Assembly (NCBI GenBank): GCA_034530875.2
Contig: JAVRCJ020000045.1
Span: 1 to 54,483 of the forward strand
Reading direction: 5' to 3'
From: Nostoc sp. DedSLP01
Lineage (GTDB): Bacteria > Cyanobacteriota > Cyanobacteriia > Cyanobacteriales > Nostocaceae
DNA length: 54,483 bases
Shown here piece after piece: positions 31,412 through 43,114 of this stretch. How positions within the stretch are numbered: position 1 is the stretch's first letter; every line of letters begins with the position of its first letter. The position numbers and the translations under genes are program-made. The notes below the pieces were generated by a model. It was given only the letters and a program-made list of their open reading frames with translations. It was not told the DNA's origin and made no database searches.

Positions 31412-32701
31412 GTGAAAAAAGTTTTATCAATCATCCTTGGTGGTGGCGCGGGTACTCGGCTTTATCCGCTAACCAAACTCCGCGCCAAACCAGCAGTACC
31501 AGTGGCGGGGAAATACCGCTTAATCGATATCCCTGTCAGCAACTGCATAAATTCCCAAATATTCAAAATTTACGTTCTGACACAATTTAACTCAGCTTCC
31601 CTGAATCGTCACATTGCCCGTACCTATAACTTTACTGGTTTCAACGAAGGGTTTGTGGAAGTGCTAGCCGCACAACAAACGCCAGAAAACCCCAACTGGT
31701 TCCAAGGTACAGCGGATGCGGTGCGTCAGTATCTATGGCTGTTGGAAGAATGGGATGTAGATGAATATCTAATTCTTTCGGGAGACCACCTCTACCGCAT
31801 GGATTACCGACAATTTATCCAACGGCATAGAGAAACGAATGCTGATATCACTCTCTCAGTTATTCCCATTGACGATCGCCGCGCCTCAGATTTTGGTTTA
31901 ATGAAAATTGACGGTGCAGGCAGGGTAATTGACTTTAGTGAAAAACCCAAAGGCGAAGCTTTAACCAAAATGCGTGTCGATACCAGCATTTTGGGATTGA
32001 CAAAAGAACAAGCCCAATTACAGCCTTACATCGCCTCGATGGGGATTTACGTCTTTAAAAAAGAAGTTTTGTTCAAATTGTTGAGAGAATCTTTAGAACG
32101 CACTGATTTTGGCAAAGAAATTATTCCTGATGCCTCTAAAGATTACAACGTTCAAGCTTATTTATTTGATGACTACTGGGAAGATATTGGAACGATCGAA
32201 GCATTTTATCATGCAAACTTAACGCTGACTCGACAGCCCCAACCTCCCTTTAGTTTCTACGATGAAGAAGCGCCAATTTATACCCGCGCTCGTTATTTAC
32301 CTCCGAGTAAACTATTAGATTGCCAAATTACAGAATCAATCATTGGCGAAGGTTGCATTCTGAAAAATTGTCGCATTCAGCATTCAGTTTTGGGAGTGCG
32401 ATCGCGCATTGAATCTGGTTGCGTCATCGAAGAATCCTTGATTATGGGTGCAGACTTTTATCAAGCTTCTGTGGAACGTCAATCTAGTTTAGGCAACGGC
32501 GATATTCCCGTAGGCATTGGTTCTGACACAATTATTCGCGGTGCCATCATAGATAAAAACGCCCGCATTGGTCACGATGTCAAAATTATTAATAAAGATA
32601 ACGTCCAAGAAGCTGAGCGCGAAAATCAAGGTTTCTACATCCGCAGTGGCATTGTAGTTGTACTAAAAAATGCTGTAATTCCTGATGGTACGATCATTTA
32701 A
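31412..32701 (+). CDS. glgC: Glucose-1-phosphate adenylyltransferase
   Basis: [38 protein letters not shown]. Confidence 0.99.
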   Translation: MKKVLSIILGGGAGTRLYPLTKLRAKPAVPVAGKYRLIDIPVSNCINSQIFKIYVLTQFNSASLNRHIARTYNFTGFNEGFVEVLAAQQTPENPNWFQGTADAVRQYLWLLEEWDVDEYLILSGDHLYRMDYRQFIQRHRETNADITLSVIPIDDRRASDFGLMKIDGAGRVIDFSEKPKGEALTKMRVDTSILGLTKEQAQLQPYIASMGIYVFKKEVLFKLLRESLERTDFGKEIIPDASKDYNVQAYLFDDYWEDIGTIEAFYHANLTLTRQPQPPFSFYDEEAPIYTRARYLPPSKLLDCQITESIIGEGCILKNCRIQHSVLGVRSRIESGCVIEESLIMGADFYQASVERQSSLGNGDIPVGIGSDTIIRGAIIDKNARIGHDVKIINKDNVQEAERENQGFYIRSGIVVVLKNAVIPDGTII

Positions 32702-32727
32702 TAGTGCTGACTGATGAATAGCTGATT

Positions 32728-32880
32728 CACTCAAAGACGATGAGGAAGCCCATCCCTTCTGGGGGTGGGAGGAATCGTAGCCTCGTCGTCTTAGTCATTA
32801 GTATTACTAAACACGATAAATTAAGTATAACTACTAATGACTCGAAATCCTCCGGCTTCGAGCCGGAGGATGAGTTAATG
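32728..32880. mobile_element. IS200/IS605-ended non-autonomous mini-element
   Basis: Terminal hairpins cccatccc-ttct-gggggtggg and atcctccggct-tcg-agccggaggat resemble IS200/IS605 ends; no ORF. Confidence 0.6.
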
Positions 32881-33045
32881 AAGTTTTGAAGTCTGCGGCG
32901 ACATCTTCTTTTCTCTACCAGACGCTGCACATTAGACTTCTTGCAGAAGTCGGGAAAAAGTTAAGGGGAAAGGGCGAAAGGTTTGTTATTTTCCCTATTC
33001 CCCACTCCCGATTCCCTACTCCTTATTTTCAAGCTAGGTCTATTG

Positions 33046-34275
33046 TTAAAGTTTGGCTTGCGGCAGTTTTTTAATTTGCTCGGTAAAATATGCTTCTTGA
33101 TGTTTGAGTTGTTTGGCCAGTTCTAACCCTTTTTGAAAAGCTGTTAGTGCTTGGGGATATTGTTGGCGTTGTAAATACAATTGTCCGATTTGGTCGTAAG
33201 CTTGCATCACACCATACAAATTAGCGGCTTGCGTTTGCGTATCTACAAGAATTTGGCTAGCCTCTAAAGCCTCATCTATTTGTCCTTGAGAACGGTACAA
33301 GCCAATTATCTTCTGCAAAGCCTCACCAGCACGAACGAACTCCTGCAATTGCCAAGCTGTTGTATAAGCTTCTTGATAATTTTTAAAAGCCTCTAGCAAT
33401 AAACTAGGATCTGTCTTTCCTAAAGATTCGTAATCTGAAGCGATCGCTAACTTTAATTCTGGTATTTTAATTAGATTATTTTGATTAATATAAATTTCTA
33501 CAAGTTTGTTAAGTACATTTAATGATTGCTGTCGTTGTTCTGTCTGTGCGTAAATTTCAGCTAATTGTTGCAGATATGCCAACTCGTTGGCAGACTCTCC
33601 TTGGGAAGTAGCTAAACTCAACAATTCCTCATAGATTGGCGCAGCTTGGCGATAATCAAACCAACTCAAATCCAGTTGTCCGATTGTGTTGAGAATTTCT
33701 ACTAATGCTGCTGTATCTTTTTGTTGTCGAATTACTAGCAAAACTTCGTTATAAGCTTGTACAGCCGGTTTAGGCGAGCGCACATTTTGGTAAGCTTCAC
33801 CTAGCGATCGCCATAATTCTAAATCAATTTCCTGAGATTTTTTCCGGGATTGGATTTGCTTGTCAATTGTTTGCAATCTTTCAGTAATATATACTACCTC
33901 TTGGCTATCGTTTTGATTCCAAGCGATCCCACCGACTCGCGATAACGCTTGCACCTCTGCTAAAGGGCCCAAAAAGCGCCGCAAACGGAGTTCTCGGTTC
34001 CAAATTTCAAACGCCGCCACCGCATCTCCTGCTTGCAGTTTTGCCGCCGCTTCTTGGTTTAACTCATCTAATGCAGGCTCTAACTGTTGCCGTTCTTCGG
34101 GAGTTAGCGGCTTTTTATCCTTTGGCGATCGTGGCAACAGTGGATCGCGTGTAGTCAATTCTAGCGGATTAGGAGGAAATTTATCTGGCGGTTTGGGCTT
34201 TTGGCTCTCTGCCAGCGTCAAAGAACTGCTAAATAATATAGTGGCAGTAACAATAAGAATTAACCGTTTTAGCAT
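33046..34275 (-). CDS. Exported TPR-repeat protein
   Basis: Signal-like N-terminus, repeated helical TPR patterns (YDQIGQLY...QALTAFQKGLELA). Confidence 0.88.
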   Translation of the reverse strand: MLKRLILIVTATILFSSSLTLAESQKPKPPDKFPPNPLELTTRDPLLPRSPKDKKPLTPEERQQLEPALDELNQEAAAKLQAGDAVAAFEIWNRELRLRRFLGPLAEVQALSRVGGIAWNQNDSQEVVYITERLQTIDKQIQSRKKSQEIDLELWRSLGEAYQNVRSPKPAVQAYNEVLLVIRQQKDTAALVEILNTIGQLDLSWFDYRQAAPIYEELLSLATSQGESANELAYLQQLAEIYAQTEQRQQSLNVLNKLVEIYINQNNLIKIPELKLAIASDYESLGKTDPSLLLEAFKNYQEAYTTAWQLQEFVRAGEALQKIIGLYRSQGQIDEALEASQILVDTQTQAANLYGVMQAYDQIGQLYLQRQQYPQALTAFQKGLELAKQLKHQEAYFTEQIKKLPQAKL

Positions 34276-34342
34276 AGTGACTTTACCTTTTGTATAGGGA
34301 ATCGGGCAAAGAGAATATAGGGTATGGGGCATTCATATTTAT

Positions 34343-35633
34343 CGAAAAATAGGGTCTAAAACCTGCCGTTTCTAGGGGGCTTTATATTTGTCTTGTTTTG
34401 TTTTACCATAGTTAGCATAGTTTGGTAAAAGTAATGTTAAAAGCCTACAAGTACAGAATCTATCCGACAAGCGAGCAAGTAGTATTGCTTGCCAAGTCGT
34501 TTGGTTGTGTACGCTGGTTTTACAATTTTGCACTTAACCTCACCAGTGAAAGTTACAAGGCTACAGGTAAGGGATTAAGTCGTAACGACATCATTAATTT
34601 GTTACCTTCCCTGAAAAAAGAATATGAATGGCTGACAGAACCACCTTCTCAATGCTTGCAGCAGGTAGCGTTAGATTTGTCTAGCGCATTTTTGAACTTT
34701 TTTGAGAAACGGGCTAAATACCCAAGCTTCAAAAACAAAGGTCAAAAGCAATCTATCCGCTTTCCTCAACAGGTAAAACTAGACGGTGAGTATCTCACAC
34801 TACCTAAATTGGGTAAGGTTTACTGCAAGATGTCTCGGCTACCACAAGGAAAGCTTAAATCTATTACTGTATCGCTGACTCCATCGGGTGAATACTACGC
34901 TGCGTGTCTGTATGATGATGGCAAAGATAAACCTATTTCATCGTCACAGGGTAAGGCTATTGGTGTAGATATAGGGATTAACCATTATGCTATTACCTCC
35001 GATGGGACTAAGCATGGCAACCCCAAATACTACCGTAAATATGAAATCAAGCTAGCCAAAAAACACAAGCAACTTAGTCGCAAGCACAAAGGTTCTCAAA
35101 ATCGAAATAAAGCACGAATTCAAGTTGCTAAGGTTCACAATAAAATTACTAGATGTCGTGAGGATTTTCTACACAAACTAAGTCGTAAATTAGTTGACAA
35201 AAACCAAGTCATAGTTGTAGAAAATTTAGCAATCAAAAACATGGTTAGAAACTCCAAGTTGGCTAAATCAATTAGTGACGCTGGATGGGGTCAATTCTGC
35301 ACTATGTTGAAATACAAGGCACAATGGGAAGGAAAAATCTACATCGAAGTCGATAGATTTTTCCCCAGTTCAAAAACTTGTAGTAATTGTTGGCATCAGG
35401 TAGATAATCTCAGTTTAGATGTTCGTAGTTGGCAATGTCCCAAGTGTGGCACAATCCACGACAGAGACATTAATGCCGCTATCAATATTCGAGATCAGGG
35501 TTTACGACTTTTGGCGGGAGGGCATCTCGCTACCGCTTCTGGACAACGTGTAAGACCATCTAAAGGCACTGCTTTTAGGGGCTATGTTGGATGAAGGAAG
35601 AATCCCTGCCCTTCTAGGGCGGGGAGTTGTCAA
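34343..35633 (+). mobile_element. IS200/IS605-family element carrying tnpB only (IS1341-like)
   Basis: Left-end hairpin gggtctaaaacctgccgtttctagggggc; right end ccctgcccttctagggcggggagttgTCAA; no tnpA. Confidence 0.85.
34434..35594 (+). CDS. tnpB: RNA-guided endonuclease TnpB
   Basis: KAYKYRIYP start; RuvC GVDIG, VVENL, DRDINAA; CxxC-CxxC zinc ribbon. Confidence 0.96.
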   Translation: MLKAYKYRIYPTSEQVVLLAKSFGCVRWFYNFALNLTSESYKATGKGLSRNDIINLLPSLKKEYEWLTEPPSQCLQQVALDLSSAFLNFFEKRAKYPSFKNKGQKQSIRFPQQVKLDGEYLTLPKLGKVYCKMSRLPQGKLKSITVSLTPSGEYYAACLYDDGKDKPISSSQGKAIGVDIGINHYAITSDGTKHGNPKYYRKYEIKLAKKHKQLSRKHKGSQNRNKARIQVAKVHNKITRCREDFLHKLSRKLVDKNQVIVVENLAIKNMVRNSKLAKSISDAGWGQFCTMLKYKAQWEGKIYIEVDRFFPSSKTCSNCWHQVDNLSLDVRSWQCPKCGTIHDRDINAAINIRDQGLRLLAGGHLATASGQRVRPSKGTAFRGYVG

Positions 35634-35686
35634 CAAGGTCTACAATACTCGCAGATAATTTTTTAATAACAGGTTAATCGTCTGTA

Positions 35687-36277
35687 ATGACTCATTCTAC
35701 CGATATCGTCACCTTAGCTCGCTGGATGGCAGCTGACTTTAGCAATCAAGAACAAGCTTTTGAAAACCCACCTTTTTATGCCCACATTCGTGTTTGTATC
35801 CGTCCCTTACCTTGGGAATTGTTTTCAGGAGTAAGTTTGTTTCTCGAACAAGCTTATGATTTTATGCTCAATCAACCCTATAGAATGCGGGTAATGAACT
35901 TGATTGAAGCAGAAAACCATATTGTCATCGAACATTACACAGTTAAAGAAGAACAAAAATTTTACGGCGCCTCCCGCGACCCCGAACGCTTAAAAGATTT
36001 ATCTCTTGACCAGCTAGAAAAAATGCCAGGTTGCAATATGGTTGTAGAGTGGACAGGGCACAGTTTTAAAGGCAAAGTCGAACCTGGTAAAGGCTGTATT
36101 GTGGTTCGTGATGGTAAAAAGACTTATCTTGATAACGAATTTGAGCTTGACGATAAAGAATTTTTCAGTCTCGACCGCGGCAGAGACTTTGATACCGATG
36201 AACGTCTCTGGGGTTCTATAGCCGGGCCTTTTCACTTTGTGCGTTGGAATAATTTTGCTGATGAAGTGAAGGTGTAA
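35687..36277 (+). CDS. cpcT: CpcT/CpeT phycobiliprotein lyase
   Basis: FSNQEQAFENPP.YAHI, EQAY...PYR and SLDRG motifs. Confidence 0.93.
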   Translation: MTHSTDIVTLARWMAADFSNQEQAFENPPFYAHIRVCIRPLPWELFSGVSLFLEQAYDFMLNQPYRMRVMNLIEAENHIVIEHYTVKEEQKFYGASRDPERLKDLSLDQLEKMPGCNMVVEWTGHSFKGKVEPGKGCIVVRDGKKTYLDNEFELDDKEFFSLDRGRDFDTDERLWGSIAGPFHFVRWNNFADEVKV

Positions 36278-36564
36278 CAAGCGAGAAATGAGGAGTGAGT
36301 AATTAAAACTCATAACTCATAACTCGCTTAGTATCCTATCCTATACAGTTGCGATGGTATCTGCTTGCGGTAGGCGATCGCATAGCCATAATTCCCTAAC
36401 ACCCACTAGCTACGTCTTCTAAACACTGTGTTTGCGCAATTAATGACCTATTTGTGACGCTCAGCTAGCATAGAATTTCTGGCTTAACTTAGCCCTGGAA
36501 AATTTCTTCAGTCAAAGGATGGAAATTTTGATAAAAGATTGGTATTATAAGAAATTGTAGGTCT

Positions 36565-36636
<72 letters not shown>

Positions 36637-36719
36637 TCTAAAAAATCAAGTATTTCAGGGCTTTCAAGCCCTTTTTTATTGGACGTTCAAAGGCTTATAA
36701 AATAAGCCATCAGAGATTT

Positions 36720-36858
36720 TTGGGGTTATTTTGGGTAGTTTGGGTAAAGAACTGGGGTAAAACTGGGGTAAAAATGTAAGGTAGAGGTCTTTACTCCAAT
36801 AGGCGTTTCTGGGGTAAAACTGGGGTAAAGAGTAAAGGTAAAGGTCTTTACCCCAGTT
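36720..36858. repeat. Putative integrase arm-type sites
   Basis: Two about 47-bp units 57 bp apart, each with tandem ctggggtaaa and an inverted tttac(t/c)cca. Confidence 0.7.
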
Positions 36859-36867
36859 AATTACCTT

Positions 36868-38106
36868 ATGGAATCTCATATATCTCAAAATCTTGCCCGT
36901 CGGGGTTCAGTGCAAATCAAGAACTCTAACGGCAGTCTGCAACTAGTTTTTTCTCATCCGATTATTACACCGACGGGAGAGCTAAAAACCAAGCGTTTCT
37001 ACCTTTCGACAAGGCACAATGATACGCCTTTAGGAAGGCATCTAGCATCGACTTTAGCGGCAAAAATCCAGAGGGATATTGACTATGGAGAGTTTGATGC
37101 CAGTTTAGCTAAATACAAACCAGCAGCTTCATTAAGCACTGTTAGCCCAATTACCCCAAGTACTCCTTCAGCTAACCCCCAATATGACTTGGGAGAATTA
37201 TGGGAAAAATACGCTGAGTTTAAAAAGGCACAGGTTAGTCCTTCTACTTATGCAGTTGACTACCGCAAGTATCGCAATCATATTGCTAAGTTACCAACAA
37301 AAACCTTGGATGATGCGATCGCAATTCGAGATTATTTACTCGCAAATCTCAGTGCTAATGCAGCTAAACGTACTTTGACAAATATAAATGCTTGCTGTGA
37401 TTGGGCACTTAAAAGTCAGCTAATTGAATCAAATCCCTTCCAAAGTATGGCAAAAGATATTCAGATACCAAAGTCAGAATCGGTAGAATATGAAATCAAT
37501 CCTTTTACTAAAGAAGAACGGGATAGCATAATTCAAGCATTTGAGGAGAGCAAACTCTACAGCTACTATGCTCCTTTAGTCAAATTATTATTTTTTACTG
37601 GATGCAGACCATCAGAAGCTATCGCCTTACAATGGAAGCATATCAGTGATAGATACATTACCTTTGAGCAAGCAATTACTATTAGTAGTAAAGGACTAGC
37701 CCTTAAAGAAGGATTGAAAACCCAAAGTCAAAGACGTTTTCCGATTGGTCTTCAGCAACGTGAAATTTTAGACTCTATCAAACCAGAGAACTGTAATCGA
37801 GAAGATTTTATCTTTAGAAGCAAGAAAGGCGGCATAGTAGACTTTGGAGATTTTCTCAATCATGCTTGGAAAGGTTACAAAAATCAGCGTGGAACACATA
37901 TAGATGGAATCGTAACTCAACTTGTAAAACAAGGTGTAGTTAGCGAATATCGCAAACCTTACCAATGCAGACACACTTTTATTACTCTTTGTCTGGAAGC
38001 TGATATTGATGCCAAGGATGTAGGAAGGTGGGTTGGTAACTCTCCAGAAATTATTTACAAGCATTACGCAGGTAATAAACGTAATCTACAGATGCCAGAG
38101 TTATAA
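36868..38106 (+). CDS. Tyrosine recombinase/integrase with N-terminal arm-binding domain
   Basis: TGCRPSEAIAL, K(TQ), YQCRHTF, VGNS, KHY catalytic motifs; adjacent to tRNA-Cys. Confidence 0.95.
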   Translation: MESHISQNLARRGSVQIKNSNGSLQLVFSHPIITPTGELKTKRFYLSTRHNDTPLGRHLASTLAAKIQRDIDYGEFDASLAKYKPAASLSTVSPITPSTPSANPQYDLGELWEKYAEFKKAQVSPSTYAVDYRKYRNHIAKLPTKTLDDAIAIRDYLLANLSANAAKRTLTNINACCDWALKSQLIESNPFQSMAKDIQIPKSESVEYEINPFTKEERDSIIQAFEESKLYSYYAPLVKLLFFTGCRPSEAIALQWKHISDRYITFEQAITISSKGLALKEGLKTQSQRRFPIGLQQREILDSIKPENCNREDFIFRSKKGGIVDFGDFLNHAWKGYKNQRGTHIDGIVTQLVKQGVVSEYRKPYQCRHTFITLCLEADIDAKDVGRWVGNSPEIIYKHYAGNKRNLQMPEL

Positions 38107-38200
38107 ATTTGTTGAATTAAAATATAGGCGATCGCCTACAAAGCAATTGTGTCAATAAAAAAATACGGCGATCTAATAAAAGTAGCTTTTGCACCGAATG

Positions 38201-38353
38201 CTACCACTTCCGATCGCCTTGTTCATTAACTCTTACTGCTTGTGTAAATAACATAATGACGCGATCGCGGTCATTGTTTAAGCCATGACTGAAGATTAGC
38301 TGTATCTCTGACTGCATTAGAACCTTGGCGCGTACATGCTGATTGATTTTCAT
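38201..38353 (-). pseudogene. N-terminal fragment of a small site-specific integrase
   Basis: Manual translation MKINQHVRAKVLMQSEIQLIFSHGLNNDRDR...AVRVNE. Confidence 0.65.
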
Positions 38354-38368
38354 TACCAGAATGTAGAC

Positions 38369-38758
38369 TTAGACCAGCAAGTGGGTGACAATATCTTGAG
38401 CGATTTTTTCTAATCGGTCATCTCTGGTAATTAATTGATATTCTCTGGCACATTGTCTTTCTAATTTCTTCTCTTCTTCCTCATCCAGTGTTGCTGACTC
38501 AATGATTTCTGCCATATCTTCATTGAGTGCATCATTGGTGAGTTGCAATTCAGGAATTCTGTTTTCGTAGTAGAGGGAAACTGTGGCGCTATCTTCTATT
38601 GATTGGCGGAAGTTATAAATGCTGATGTAATCACCAAAGGTTTTTTTGGTTTCTTGTTCTCCTAGCATTAAAGGTGTACCAGTGAAACCAATGAATGCTG
38701 CATGAGGTAAGGCATTCCTCATGTTGAGAGCAAACGTGTCATACTGACTGCGGTGGAC
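38369..38758 (-). pseudogene. hsdR: Type I restriction subunit R helicase-region fragment
   Basis: HRSQY...NALPHAAFIGFTGTPL...FGDYISIY. Confidence 0.9.
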
Positions 38759-38810
38759 GCATAGGTATGGAGTATCGATTTACTCCATTTTTAACTCAAA
38801 AGTTCGGCAT

Positions 38811-39029
38811 TTAGGAGTTCCGCTGAATTGGTAAAATTCTTACCTTCGCTTTTGGTTCATCCACTGTTAGCAAAGCACCCATTGCTAGTTCTTGCTGAAA
38901 TTGACGCAAGGCATTGATAACTAAATTACCTAAATTAGCTGGTAGGATGTCTTGCGATCGCACTTGAATGACATTGGGTGCATCAGCTTGAGTCATTGCC
39001 AGCAGCAGGGCGAACGCATCTAAAATCAA
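38811..39029 (-). pseudogene. DUF5615 PIN-like protein C-terminal fragment
   Basis: ALLLAMTQADAPNVIQVR...GALLTVDE...VRILPI; N-terminus absent. Confidence 0.65.
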
Positions 39030-39126
39030 GTATTTCGGAGTCGGTCGCTCTAAACCTTAATAACTTCGTTGGCTAAATTTTTAATCAACCATGAAATAAC
39101 TTGATGAAATTCTTTGGCTAACAGGC

Positions 39127-42100
39127 TTAACCAGATGTATTTGAGTAGGCTGGAGGAATCGTTTTTTCCACCTGACAAAGAGATTGACGATCGCCCAAAT
39201 CTGGATGCGATCGCAAATAATCTCGTATCCAAATACAACCAGAGTGCAATATCTGGTTACTATCTAAAACGCGATCGAGTTGCCAGAGAATCACAACATC
39301 ATCTAACCCGGCTGATGCTAGGATTGCTCCTTGGTTCTGGGTAGTGGGGTAAAAGGCAACATTCAATGCTCGTTGTTCGTGTCCTTCCAGAGTAGCGCGG
39401 AGGATGCCATCTAGCGACCAAAGTTTTACTTTATTATCCCAACCAGCTGAAGCTAAGACAGTACCCCAGTTGTCGGGGAGTCCAGAATGAGGGGGAATGA
39501 AGGTGATACCATTTACCCGATCTGTGTGGGCGGGAATGGTGCGAATTAATTTACCCTCTAACGACCACAGCTTAATTGTCGTGTCCTCACTGGCTGTAGC
39601 AACAAACTTTCCATCAGGGCTAAAGGCGACATCCCAAATAGTCTCGTTATGACTTTTCAAGGTGAATTGCGGCTGAGATGGAAACTTCCCGTTTGCATTC
39701 CTGTGCCAGAGGCGAAGAAACGTATCTCGACCGCCGATCGCTAACCATTGGTTATCAGGGCTAAATGCTCCAGCATTGAGGCGATCGCGGTTTTTAGGTA
39801 GGGACTCACTCAGGGTTTGGATGAAAGTGCCATCCCGCTTCCAGAGTTTGGCTGTGCCGTCCCAACTGATGGAAGCTATTTCTAGCCCATCGGGACTAAA
39901 CACCACATCCCGCACTGTTGCGTTATGGGCTGAAATCGTTTTTAAGGGTTTTCCCTGCATCGTCCATAAAGTCAAGGAACCATCATCGCTACCTGCGGCG
40001 ATGTCCTTCCCGTCTGGGCTGATATCCACTGACCAAACCTGTCCCGGTGGCGGGGTTAAGGTGTTGAGCAGTTGTCCGGCTCGATTCCACAGCTTAATGG
40101 TGCCGTCAGCACTAGAGGAAACGATTGTTTGCCCATCAGGGCTAATCGGCGTGTGCCAAACAGAGGCACGATGACCCCGCAATACCGTGAGAATATCGCT
40201 TTGCCGCTGCCACAGCCGCACCAAGTTGTCTTCACCACCGGAAATCAAACGACGACCATCGGCACTGAAAGCTACTTCCCATGTACCGTTAATATGGGCA
40301 TACAGGGTTTGATTGACAGTTCGATCGCTGTTCCAAAACTTAATTGTGTTATCCCAACCAGCTGAAGCGAGGGTTTGTCCATCGGGGCTAAAGGCGAGAG
40401 TCACCACGCTGCTGTCGTGTTCTGTGGCAGTTTCCAATAAAGTGCCAGTGACAGTCCACCAGATAACATTACCAATCCAGTCTCCAGCTACCAGAGTTTG
40501 TCCGTCAGGGCTGAAGGTGACGCTCATCAGACGGTTTTTGCCTTTTTTGGATGCGATGGGATTATTCAGTGTCCGAATTTTCTTACCCTCCAGATTCCAG
40601 AGGATGAGAGTATTATCATCACTAACCGAGGCTAGGGTGTTAGCATCAACAGGACTAAACGCCACCTTTGAAACTGCACCGCTGTGTCCCTTAAAAGTGC
40701 GAATCAAGCTGCCGTCGATGCGCCAAAGTTTTACTGTCTTGTCGTTACTAGCCGAGGCAATCCATTGTCCGTTAGGGCTGATGGCGAGCGATCGCACCCA
40801 ATCTTGATGTCCATTGAGTGTTTTAACCAGTGTACCGTCCAGCTTCCACAGTCGCACCGTGCCATCTTGCCCAGCCGAAATTAGTTTATCGCCTTTGGGA
40901 GTAAAGGTGACATCAAAGACTTCTCCTTTGTGACCGCTAAGTACTTTTACCAATGTGCCCTCGCTTTTCCACAGAGTAATCTTACCGTGTTGGTGAGCAG
41001 CAACGATTGTCTGTCCGTCGGCAGTGATGGCAATACCCCGCACTTTTCCCTGTTTACCGTTTAGGCGGTTGCGTTCAATGACTTGAAAGGTGGCACGGCG
41101 CAATTCTCGATCTACCTTGGTAAGTAACTCAGCAGGCACATCCGCTAATTTGCTCAATCGAGTCTGGGCTTTGATGGCACTGACTAAAGCATCTAATCGA
41201 TTCCCAGAGGCAAACTGAGCTTCCGAGACGTTAGCGATCGCTTCAATTTCTCGGAGAGTGGCTTGATGTCTTTGGGCAAAGGCATACATTCCCAAGAAAC
41301 TGGCGACGAGGAAAGCAATACTAACAGTCCCCAGTAACCACTTTTGCAAGCGACTAGCACGTTTTTCTTGTTGCAGCCGCTTTTCAACTTCTTGCAGTCG
41401 CCGGAATTCTTCTTGTCGTTTCAAATCATCTAAGTCGGTGCTGGTGCCAAACCATTTCACCACCTGTCCGCTTCCATCCTTGATGGGAATCGCCCGATTG
41501 AGAAACCAGCGATAGTTTCCCGCGACATCTTGTATTCTCAGTTGCACTTCATAGGGTGAGTTGGTTTCTAGGGAATGTTTCCAGGCGACAAGGCTATTGG
41601 GGCGATCTTCAGGATGAACCACATCCAGTCTTTTCCAGTCCGTTACCTCCGAATGCGATCGCCCCAAAAAGGTACTTAAGTGCTGGTTGGTATAAGATAG
41701 TCTACCATCTGGCTCTACAATCCATACCATCTGGGGCATTGCTTCTGCTAGTTGCCGAAAGAACCTTTCGCTTTCTTGCTGCGCCGCAAATTGCCGCTGG
41801 ATTTCTTGCTGTTCTGCATCCTGACTGGCGGCCAGAAATTGGTAATCTAAATCGCTGAGGCTTTTGTTTTGCGCCCACTTTTGGGCATCAATTAGAGCTT
41901 GTCCCCGTAAAAGCCGGGATGTATCCTGTTTTTGAGAAGCAATCCAAGCTGATACTGTTTCATAGTAGGGACATAGTTGATTTAATTGTGCTTCTACCCA
42001 TTCCCGATTAAAAACGTTTTGATATATGCGATTGCGGATTTGCAGATATCCTTGATATTTAACTACCAAACCAGAAAGCAGCAGTTCTACCTGTTCTCGA

Positions 42101-43080
42101 CTGTCGTCGGCTGCTACGGGAATAGCTTGTAAAAGTTGCTGATAGATTCCGAGTAATCTACTAATGCGCCGACTATTGTAAAGTAAGCGATTGCGAATTG
42201 TGCGTAAATGCTCTGGTTCGTCTTGAGATTCCCAATTGTTAATGATTTGCGATCGCACTAAACACTCTATCCAATCTGCTTCTTTACCTGGTGCAATTTC
42301 CAAAGGGCTAGCTTTCACCACCAACTGACATAATTTTTGCGTTAGAAATGGCTGTCCATTAGTCCAAGCAATAATTTCTTTAAATACCGCTTGGGGATTG
42401 CTCGCAACTTGCTCTAATCCCACTACCAGAGGTTGAGCTTCTGCTAATGTAAATCCTTCTAAATTAATAGCAACACCGATATTAAAAGGTGTTTTGAGTT
42501 TATTTTGAATTAAATCAGAGGGAGTTGCAACGCCAAATAAAGCAAAACCCAGTCGTTCGTATTCAGGATTATGGACTCTTTGTTGATAACAAGCCCGAAT
42601 CCAGGCATAGAAATCATCTATGCCAAAGCTTAATTGCAGCAAACTATCAATTTCATCAATTAAAATAAAAATGCGATTGTTACTCAGGTTTACTAGCAAA
42701 ATATCTTCGATAAAGTTGCCCAAGCGTTGTATGAGTGAGAACTCACTTTGCTCTTGCCACCAAGCTGCAAAATCGATTTTCTTAGCTAATCCAAAACTAT
42801 GCAGCAAGCGGACAATTATGCCTTTATAAAATTGTGTTTCGGTGAGTTCTTGGCTGCGTATTTGTGTAATATCAATGTAAGCACAACTAAAGCCTTCATT
42901 TTGTAATCGTTGCTTGGTATGTACCAGTAGTGAAGATTTACCTATTTGACGACAGTTGAATACATAGCAAAATTCCCCTGCTTTCAAGGCTGTATAAAGT
43001 TCAATGTCTGCTTGCCTAGTAACATAGTTGGCAGCATTAGCATTTAGACAACCACCAACTTTGTAAATACTTTTGTTCAT
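39127..43080 (-). CDS. AAA_35 (STAND-like) NTPase + PAS + TM + WD40 beta-propellers
   Basis: YVTRQAD, RQIGKSS Walker A, LIDEID Walker B; PAS VHPEDR...YRWFL...WFGTSTD; about 14 WD repeats. Confidence 0.93.
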   Translation of the reverse strand: MNKSIYKVGGCLNANAANYVTRQADIELYTALKAGEFCYVFNCRQIGKSSLLVHTKQRLQNEGFSCAYIDITQIRSQELTETQFYKGIIVRLLHSFGLAKKIDFAAWWQEQSEFSLIQRLGNFIEDILLVNLSNNRIFILIDEIDSLLQLSFGIDDFYAWIRACYQQRVHNPEYERLGFALFGVATPSDLIQNKLKTPFNIGVAINLEGFTLAEAQPLVVGLEQVASNPQAVFKEIIAWTNGQPFLTQKLCQLVVKASPLEIAPGKEADWIECLVRSQIINNWESQDEPEHLRTIRNRLLYNSRRISRLLGIYQQLLQAIPVAADDSREQVELLLSGLVVKYQGYLQIRNRIYQNVFNREWVEAQLNQLCPYYETVSAWIASQKQDTSRLLRGQALIDAQKWAQNKSLSDLDYQFLAASQDAEQQEIQRQFAAQQESERFFRQLAEAMPQMVWIVEPDGRLSYTNQHLSTFLGRSHSEVTDWKRLDVVHPEDRPNSLVAWKHSLETNSPYEVQLRIQDVAGNYRWFLNRAIPIKDGSGQVVKWFGTSTDLDDLKRQEEFRRLQEVEKRLQQEKRASRLQKWLLGTVSIAFLVASFLGMYAFAQRHQATLREIEAIANVSEAQFASGNRLDALVSAIKAQTRLSKLADVPAELLTKVDRELRRATFQVIERNRLNGKQGKVRGIAITADGQTIVAAHQHGKITLWKSEGTLVKVLSGHKGEVFDVTFTPKGDKLISAGQDGTVRLWKLDGTLVKTLNGHQDWVRSLAISPNGQWIASASNDKTVKLWRIDGSLIRTFKGHSGAVSKVAFSPVDANTLASVSDDNTLILWNLEGKKIRTLNNPIASKKGKNRLMSVTFSPDGQTLVAGDWIGNVIWWTVTGTLLETATEHDSSVVTLAFSPDGQTLASAGWDNTIKFWNSDRTVNQTLYAHINGTWEVAFSADGRRLISGGEDNLVRLWQRQSDILTVLRGHRASVWHTPISPDGQTIVSSSADGTIKLWNRAGQLLNTLTPPPGQVWSVDISPDGKDIAAGSDDGSLTLWTMQGKPLKTISAHNATVRDVVFSPDGLEIASISWDGTAKLWKRDGTFIQTLSESLPKNRDRLNAGAFSPDNQWLAIGGRDTFLRLWHRNANGKFPSQPQFTLKSHNETIWDVAFSPDGKFVATASEDTTIKLWSLEGKLIRTIPAHTDRVNGITFIPPHSGLPDNWGTVLASAGWDNKVKLWSLDGILRATLEGHEQRALNVAFYPTTQNQGAILASAGLDDVVILWQLDRVLDSNQILHSGCIWIRDYLRSHPDLGDRQSLCQVEKTIPPAYSNTSG

Positions 43081-43114
43081 GATAGCAAATCATAATTTGC
43101 TGAACTTTGTCTAA

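Noticed and set aside
36752..36855. Possible mini CRISPR array
   Set aside because: Only two units, spacer about 10 nt, internal sub-repeats, no cas genes
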